NCBI GenBank assembly: GCA_963773735.1
Contig: CAVZCK010000028.1
Span: 1-64,000, forward strand
Origin: an uncultured Alphaproteobacteria bacterium
GTDB lineage: Bacteria > Pseudomonadota > Alphaproteobacteria > Rhizobiales > Rhodomicrobiaceae
Direction: 5' to 3'
DNA length: 64,000 bases
Part shown: positions 59,614 to 64,000 of the stretch, one piece after another
Position numbering within the stretch: the first letter of the stretch is position 1
Layout: each line of letters begins with the position of its first letter
Notes under the pieces: generated by a model
Seen by the model: only the letters and a program-made list of their open reading frames with translations
Database searches by the model: none
What the model was told of the DNA's origin: nothing
Translations under genes and position numbers: made by a program

Positions 59614-60816
59614 TCAGAAGACGACGCGGTTTGCCATGAAGACCCCGATCTCGGCGTCCGAATAGCCGGCTTCCTTCAGAATGTCGCGCGTGTGCTGCCC
59701 CAAAGTCGGCGCGGCAGCGTCGATGCGGCAGGCGGTCTCGGAGAATTTCACTGGCGCACCGATCGTCTGGACTTTGCCGGCCACCGGATGGTCGACCGTC
59801 GGCACCATCCCCCGCGCAACGGCCTGCTCGTCCCGATGCATCTCGGCGATGCTGAGCACCGGGCCGACCGGCACGCCGGCAGTCTCCAGATTTTCGAGCC
59901 AATGGGCCATCGGCTTCTGCTCAAAAATGCCGTTCAGCACTGCAACGAGATCGTCGCGATTGGCCATGCGTGCTCCGTTGGTGGCAAAACGCGGATCGTC
60001 CTTGAGATCCGGCCGGCCGAGCACGCCCAGCATCCGCTCCCAATTGCGCTGATTGGCGGCGCCGACATTGATCCAGCCGTCCGCCGCCCGGAATGCCTGA
60101 TACGGCGCGTTGAGCGGGTGCGCGGAGCCCATCGGCCCCGGCGAGCGCCCGGTCGCGAAGGCGATGGCCGATTGCCAATAGGTCAGCACGATGCCGGCCT
60201 CGAACAGCGATGTGTCGACCTTCTGCCCCTCGCCGGTCTTCAGCTTGTGCGCATAGGCTGCGCAGATGCCCATCGCGCCGAGGATGCCGGCGACGATGTC
60301 CGTGACCGGCGCGCCAACTTTCACCGGCGGGCGGCCGGGACCTTCGCCGGTAATCGCCATCAGGCCGGACATGCCCTGCGCGACCAGATCGAAACCGGGG
60401 CGGTCGGCATAGGGACCGGTCCGGCCGAAGCCGGAGATTTCGCAGTAGATCAGACCGGGATTGTCCTGGCGCAGCGTCTCATAGCCGAGCCCGAGCGCCT
60501 CCATCGTGCCGTTGCGAAAGTTCTCGATGAGTGCATCGGCATTCGAAACCAGCCGCCGCAGGATCGCCTTGCCGTCCGCGGTCTTCAGATCGATGACCAT
60601 GCCGCGCTTGTTGCGGTTCATCATCATGAAGGCTGCGGCCTCGCCGTTGATCGCGGGGGGCAGAAAACGCCGCGAGTTGTCACCTTCCGGCTTTTCGACC
60701 TTGATCACGTCCGCGCCCATATCGGCGAGCATCAGCCCGCAGGTCGGGCCGGACATGATATGCGCCAGCTCGATAACCGTCATACCGCTCAAGGGGCCGT
60801 ATCCGCGCGCAGCCAT
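59614..60816 (-). CDS. CoA-transferase family III (CaiB/BaiF) protein
   Basis: GMTVIELAHIMSGPTCGLMLADMGADVIKVE is the N-terminal signature and the catalytic Asp region is conserved. The ORF is 400 aa. Confidence 0.85.
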   Translation of the reverse strand: MAARGYGPLSGMTVIELAHIMSGPTCGLMLADMGADVIKVEKPEGDNSRRFLPPAINGEAAAFMMMNRNKRGMVIDLKTADGKAILRRLVSNADALIENFRNGTMEALGLGYETLRQDNPGLIYCEISGFGRTGPYADRPGFDLVAQGMSGLMAITGEGPGRPPVKVGAPVTDIVAGILGAMGICAAYAHKLKTGEGQKVDTSLFEAGIVLTYWQSAIAFATGRSPGPMGSAHPLNAPYQAFRAADGWINVGAANQRNWERMLGVLGRPDLKDDPRFATNGARMANRDDLVAVLNGIFEQKPMAHWLENLETAGVPVGPVLSIAEMHRDEQAVARGMVPTVDHPVAGKVQTIGAPVKFSETACRIDAAAPTLGQHTRDILKEAGYSDAEIGVFMANRVVF

Positions 60817-60823
60817 GGCTAAC

Positions 60824-61597
60824 CTAACGTCCCTGCCAGTTCGGTTTACGCTTGGCGAGAAAAGCTTCCAGCCCCTCCCGGAAATCCTCGCTCATATAGC
60901 ACTCGGTGATGAGGTCCTCATCGTCGCGGCGGCCTTCGCGCAGGCGGCGGAGCGCTTCCTTTGTCGCCCGCATCGTCAGCGGCGCGTGCTCCGCGACCAT
61001 CGCGGCTACTTCCCTCGCGCGCGCCATCAGCGCCGGGTGATCGGGAACCAGCTCTCCGACAAGACCGACCGCCTTGGCCGTCGCCGCATCGAGAAGTTTC
61101 GCCGTGACGACCATTTCCATCACTCGCCCAGCGCCGACCATGGCGACAAGCCGCGCGTAGTTGGCGATCGACAGACAATTGCCAAGGGTGCGTGCAACCG
61201 GAAAGCCGAAGACGGAATTTTCGGTGGCGATCCGCAGGTCGCAGGCAACCGCGATCGTCGCGCCGCCGCCCGTGCACGCCCCGGAGATCGCAGCAATCGT
61301 CGGCACCGGCGAGGTCTCGATCGCGGTCAGCGCTTTCTCGATGCGCTCTTCATAGGCAAGCGCATCTTCGTCGCGCTGAAATCCGCGGAACAGGGAAATA
61401 TCCGTCCCCGCCGCAAAGGCCCGTTCGCCGGCGCCGGTAATGATCAGCGCCTTAACGCCGCCATCGGCGCTCGGCGCCGCACAGATCTCGGCGATCCGGT
61501 CGTACATTTCGAAGGTCAGCGCATTGCGCGCCTCCGGGCGGTTCATCGTGATCGTGCCGACGGCGCCGCTGATCTCGTAAAGCACAAGCTCGGTCAT
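60824..61597 (-). CDS. Enoyl-CoA hydratase/isomerase (crotonase) family protein
   Basis: Crotonase fold with ITGAGERAFAAGTDI and GGGATIAVACDLRIA. Confidence 0.85.
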   Translation of the reverse strand: MTELVLYEISGAVGTITMNRPEARNALTFEMYDRIAEICAAPSADGGVKALIITGAGERAFAAGTDISLFRGFQRDEDALAYEERIEKALTAIETSPVPTIAAISGACTGGGATIAVACDLRIATENSVFGFPVARTLGNCLSIANYARLVAMVGAGRVMEMVVTAKLLDAATAKAVGLVGELVPDHPALMARAREVAAMVAEHAPLTMRATKEALRRLREGRRDDEDLITECYMSEDFREGLEAFLAKRKPNWQGR

Positions 61598-61617
61598 GGT
61601 CTCTTCCTCTGACCAGT

Positions 61618-62898
61618 TTAACGGTAGAACGCGTCGACGAGAAACATCGGAATTGCCGGGATGTAGGTGCACATGAGCAGCACGGCCAGGAGGACCGCGA
61701 TGAAATAGATGTTGATCTTCGTGACCTCCCAGATCCCCGTCTTGGCGATGGAGCAGGCGGTAATCAGCACGCTGGCCACGGGCGGGGTCTGCTGGCCGAT
61801 CGCAAGGTTCAGCGTGACGACCAGCCCGAAATGCACCGGATCGATGCCTGCGGCCTGGATCAGCGGGATGACGATCGGCACGACGAGAATGATGGCCGCC
61901 GCCGAATGCAGGAAGAAGCCGATGATCAAAAAGAAAACGTTGAGGATGAGCAGGATGAGATATTTGTTGTGCGTCAGCCCCAGCATCCAGGTGGCGATCC
62001 GCTGCGGAACCTGGGCCGTCGTCAGATAGTCGCCCATCAGCACGGACGACGCAACCAGCAGCATGACCACGGCGGTCTGCATGCCGCCGTCGAGCATCGC
62101 GGTTTTCAGCTCGCGCAAATTGACCTCGCCGTAATAGAGGCCGACGAGGATCGCCGCCAGAACGGCAAGGCCGGCCGCCTCGGTCGCGGTGACGAGACCG
62201 CCGAAAATGCCACCAAGAATGATGACCGGAATTGAGAATGTCGGGGCGGCATCGATGAAGGTGGTTTTGAGCCGCGGCCAGCTGAAGGCTTTCTCGACCG
62301 GCAAATTGTAACGGCGGGCCATCAGATGGGCGACCCCCATCAACCCGGCCGCACCGAGGAAGCCCGGAACGAAGCCGGCCACGAAAAGTTGCTCGACTGA
62401 GGTCCCCGCCGATACGCCATAGAGGATCATTGGGATGGAAGGCGGAATGATGATTGCCAGCGATGCGGCCGACGAGGTCACAGCAGCGGCGAGAGGGGCA
62501 GGATAGCCGCGCTTCTTCATCTGAGGGATCAGAAGTGAGCCAATCGCTGCGACGCCCGCGACCGCCGATCCGGAGATTTCGGCGAAGAACAGCGATACGC
62601 CTATGGTGATGATGGCAAGCCCGCCGCGGACGAATCCGATCATTGCGGAAACGAAGTTGATCAAACGCTGCGTAATGCCGGTCGCATTCATGATCGCGCC
62701 GGCCAGCACGAACATCGGAATAGCGATCAGCGAAAAATTCGTCGCGCCATTATACATGTCGAGACCGACATTCACGAGACTGCCGGGGCCGTCCGTCACA
62801 ACGATGCCGATCAGCGCGGAGAGGGCGAGGGCGACGGCGATCGGCACATGCAGGCAGATCATCGCCACAAGCGCGAGGAACATCACGAGCAGCAGCAT
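61618..62898 (-). CDS. dctM: TRAP transporter large permease subunit (DctM family)
   Basis: 426-aa polytopic protein with DctM-family similarity along its whole length. Confidence 0.9.
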   Translation of the reverse strand: MLLLVMFLALVAMICLHVPIAVALALSALIGIVVTDGPGSLVNVGLDMYNGATNFSLIAIPMFVLAGAIMNATGITQRLINFVSAMIGFVRGGLAIITIGVSLFFAEISGSAVAGVAAIGSLLIPQMKKRGYPAPLAAAVTSSAASLAIIIPPSIPMILYGVSAGTSVEQLFVAGFVPGFLGAAGLMGVAHLMARRYNLPVEKAFSWPRLKTTFIDAAPTFSIPVIILGGIFGGLVTATEAAGLAVLAAILVGLYYGEVNLRELKTAMLDGGMQTAVVMLLVASSVLMGDYLTTAQVPQRIATWMLGLTHNKYLILLILNVFFLIIGFFLHSAAAIILVVPIVIPLIQAAGIDPVHFGLVVTLNLAIGQQTPPVASVLITACSIAKTGIWEVTKINIYFIAVLLAVLLMCTYIPAIPMFLVDAFYR

Positions 62899-62901
62899 GG
62901 G

Positions 62902-63495
62902 TTAAATCTCCTGAGACTCCTCGTGCAGCGCCGGCGGATGTTCCGATGAAATGCCGGCCTTGACCTCCGCCCAATAGCCCGGAATGCTCAAGAGTTCGGC
63001 GACGATGAACAAGACCGCGCCAATCGGTATGACCGATTGTGTCACCTGTACCGGCACCCAGGTGAGGCTGACGAGCGTCACCCCTTCCAGCACCTTGAGA
63101 ACCTCCCAACCTGCCCAGGCCATGATGGCAAAGAAGGAAATGACGAGGACCTCGGCGATGGCAACCGCCACCGCGCGCCATCGAAGCGGCAGTGCGAGGA
63201 GGACGCCATCAAACCCAATGTGGCCGCGATGGAGGGCCGCGAGCGCACTTCCATAATAGGTAATCCATGCAAGCAGGATGGAGGCGACCTCGTCGTACCA
63301 GGACAATGAAGCGCCGGCCTTCCGGTAGATCACGGCGACGACGACAACGATGGTCAGTACGACCATCAAGCTAATCAGAATCCAAGCCAAAGTGTCGCCC
63401 AGGAAGCGGCGGAGCGTCGTCAACGGAACCTCCACGAATGAGAAGACGGTGAGACGTGAGGAGGACGTGGTGGTGGAAGCAAACTCTGCTTCCAC
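62902..63495 (-). CDS. dctQ: TRAP transporter small permease subunit (DctQ family)
   Basis: About 195 aa with four TM helices, directly upstream of dctM. Confidence 0.8.
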   Translation of the reverse strand: MEAEFASTTTSSSRLTVFSFVEVPLTTLRRFLGDTLAWILISLMVVLTIVVVVAVIYRKAGASLSWYDEVASILLAWITYYGSALAALHRGHIGFDGVLLALPLRWRAVAVAIAEVLVISFFAIMAWAGWEVLKVLEGVTLVSLTWVPVQVTQSVIPIGAVLFIVAELLSIPGYWAEVKAGISSEHPPALHEESQEI

Positions 63496-63510
63496 CCAGA
63501 TGCGGTCTAA

Positions 63511-64000
63511 TCAGGATTTCGGCGCGAGGTCTTGGACAGCTTTAATCAAATCAGCGCCGCCTTCGACTGTCTTGGAAAACTCGTCATAGATCGGCTTGGA
63601 TGCCGCGATAAAGGCCTGCTTATCGGCTTGGTTGATCTTGATGCTGGATGCCTTGATCTTGCCGAGCAGTTCGTCGTCAAGCTTTGCGGCATCCTGGTAG
63701 ACCCACTCCGAATTTTCCTCCGCGCAGCTGACGAGCACCTTTTGCACATCCTCCGGAAGCTTGGCGAACTGCACGTCAGAGACCACGACATAGGCTGGCG
63801 TGTAGACGTGTCCGGTGATCGACAGATATTTCTGAACCTCCTGGAACTTGGCCGAATAGATTTGCGCGAGCGGATTTTCCTGGCCATCCATGACGCCGGT
63901 CTTCAGCGCGGTGAAGACCTCGGAAAAAGCCATTGGCGATGGGTTGGCGCCGTAAAGCTTGAACATCTTCACGCGCCATTCGCCCTTCGGCGTGCGCAAT
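63511..64000 (-). CDS. dctP: TRAP transporter substrate-binding protein (DctP family); N-terminal part lies beyond the window end
   Basis: The C-terminal 160 aa match the DctP solute-binding protein family (…ALKTGVMDGQENPLAQIYSAKFQEVQKYLSITGH…). It sits upstream of dctQM on the same strand. Confidence 0.8.
   Translation of the reverse strand, partial: LRTPKGEWRVKMFKLYGANPSPMAFSEVFTALKTGVMDGQENPLAQIYSAKFQEVQKYLSITGHVYTPAYVVVSDVQFAKLPEDVQKVLVSCAEENSEWVYQDAAKLDDELLGKIKASSIKINQADKQAFIAASKPIYDEFSKTVEGGADLIKAVQDLAPKS

Noticed and set aside
1-64000. tRNA or rRNA genes
   Set aside because: No rRNA-like conserved blocks were found, and I could not recognise any cloverleaf-compatible tRNA segment by eye. 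A tRNAscan or Infernal run would be needed to be certain.

Overview
This is a high-GC (about 65%) chromosomal segment that looks alphaproteobacterial (Rhizobiales-like), with a mix of housekeeping, accessory and envelope loci. Key caveat: many otherwise well-conserved genes carry single-base indels that fall in or next to G/C homopolymer runs, so they are either sequencing errors or real pseudogenes, and I cannot tell which from the sequence alone.

From left to right the window contains:
- An MFS transporter gene tail whose 5' end lies outside the window.
- A DCC-family (DUF393) thiol-disulfide oxidoreductase.
- A divergent TetR regulator followed by a YbhG/F/S/R-type efflux operon (HlyD, double-ATPase ABC protein, two ABC-2 permeases). 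This operon is shattered by at least 10 frameshifts although the TetR gene beside it is intact.
- A frameshifted mpg gene.
- About 0.9 kb of unexplained GC-rich non-coding DNA.
- An IS110-family element sitting between two REP-like palindromes.
- A CDF metal exporter, a DUF1345 protein, an enolase-superfamily enzyme, panE and an SDR dehydrogenase.
- A low-GC islet whose pentapeptide-repeat membrane-protein gene is cleanly split by an IS630 element with TA target duplication.
- A Mo-cofactor oxidoreductase paired with an FAD/NAD reductase.
- A flotillin-like SPFH protein.
- A curli-type amyloid locus (csgF, csgG and two curlin-repeat subunits) with no csgE/csgD.
- opgH and an OpgG/OpgD-like gene.
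- A DsbD/ScsB-like reductase with a thioredoxin partner.
- A two-subunit Mo-hydroxylase.
- A complete Tad/Flp pilus locus behind a 0.9-kb AT-rich leader.
- A three-gene dynamin-like GTPase operon, possibly Eleos/Leo-like.
- An S49-type protease, a GGCT-like protein, a CYTH protein, serA, a polysaccharide deacetylase and a GntR regulator.
- An EF-hand protein with an 18-bp tandem DNA repeat.
- A TRAP transporter / CoA-transferase / enoyl-CoA hydratase operon.

I did not recognise any rRNA, tRNA or CRISPR array. Non-genic observations include a roughly 95-nt element present at two intergenic sites, an orphan intrinsic terminator, and a 20-bp palindromic candidate TetR operator.
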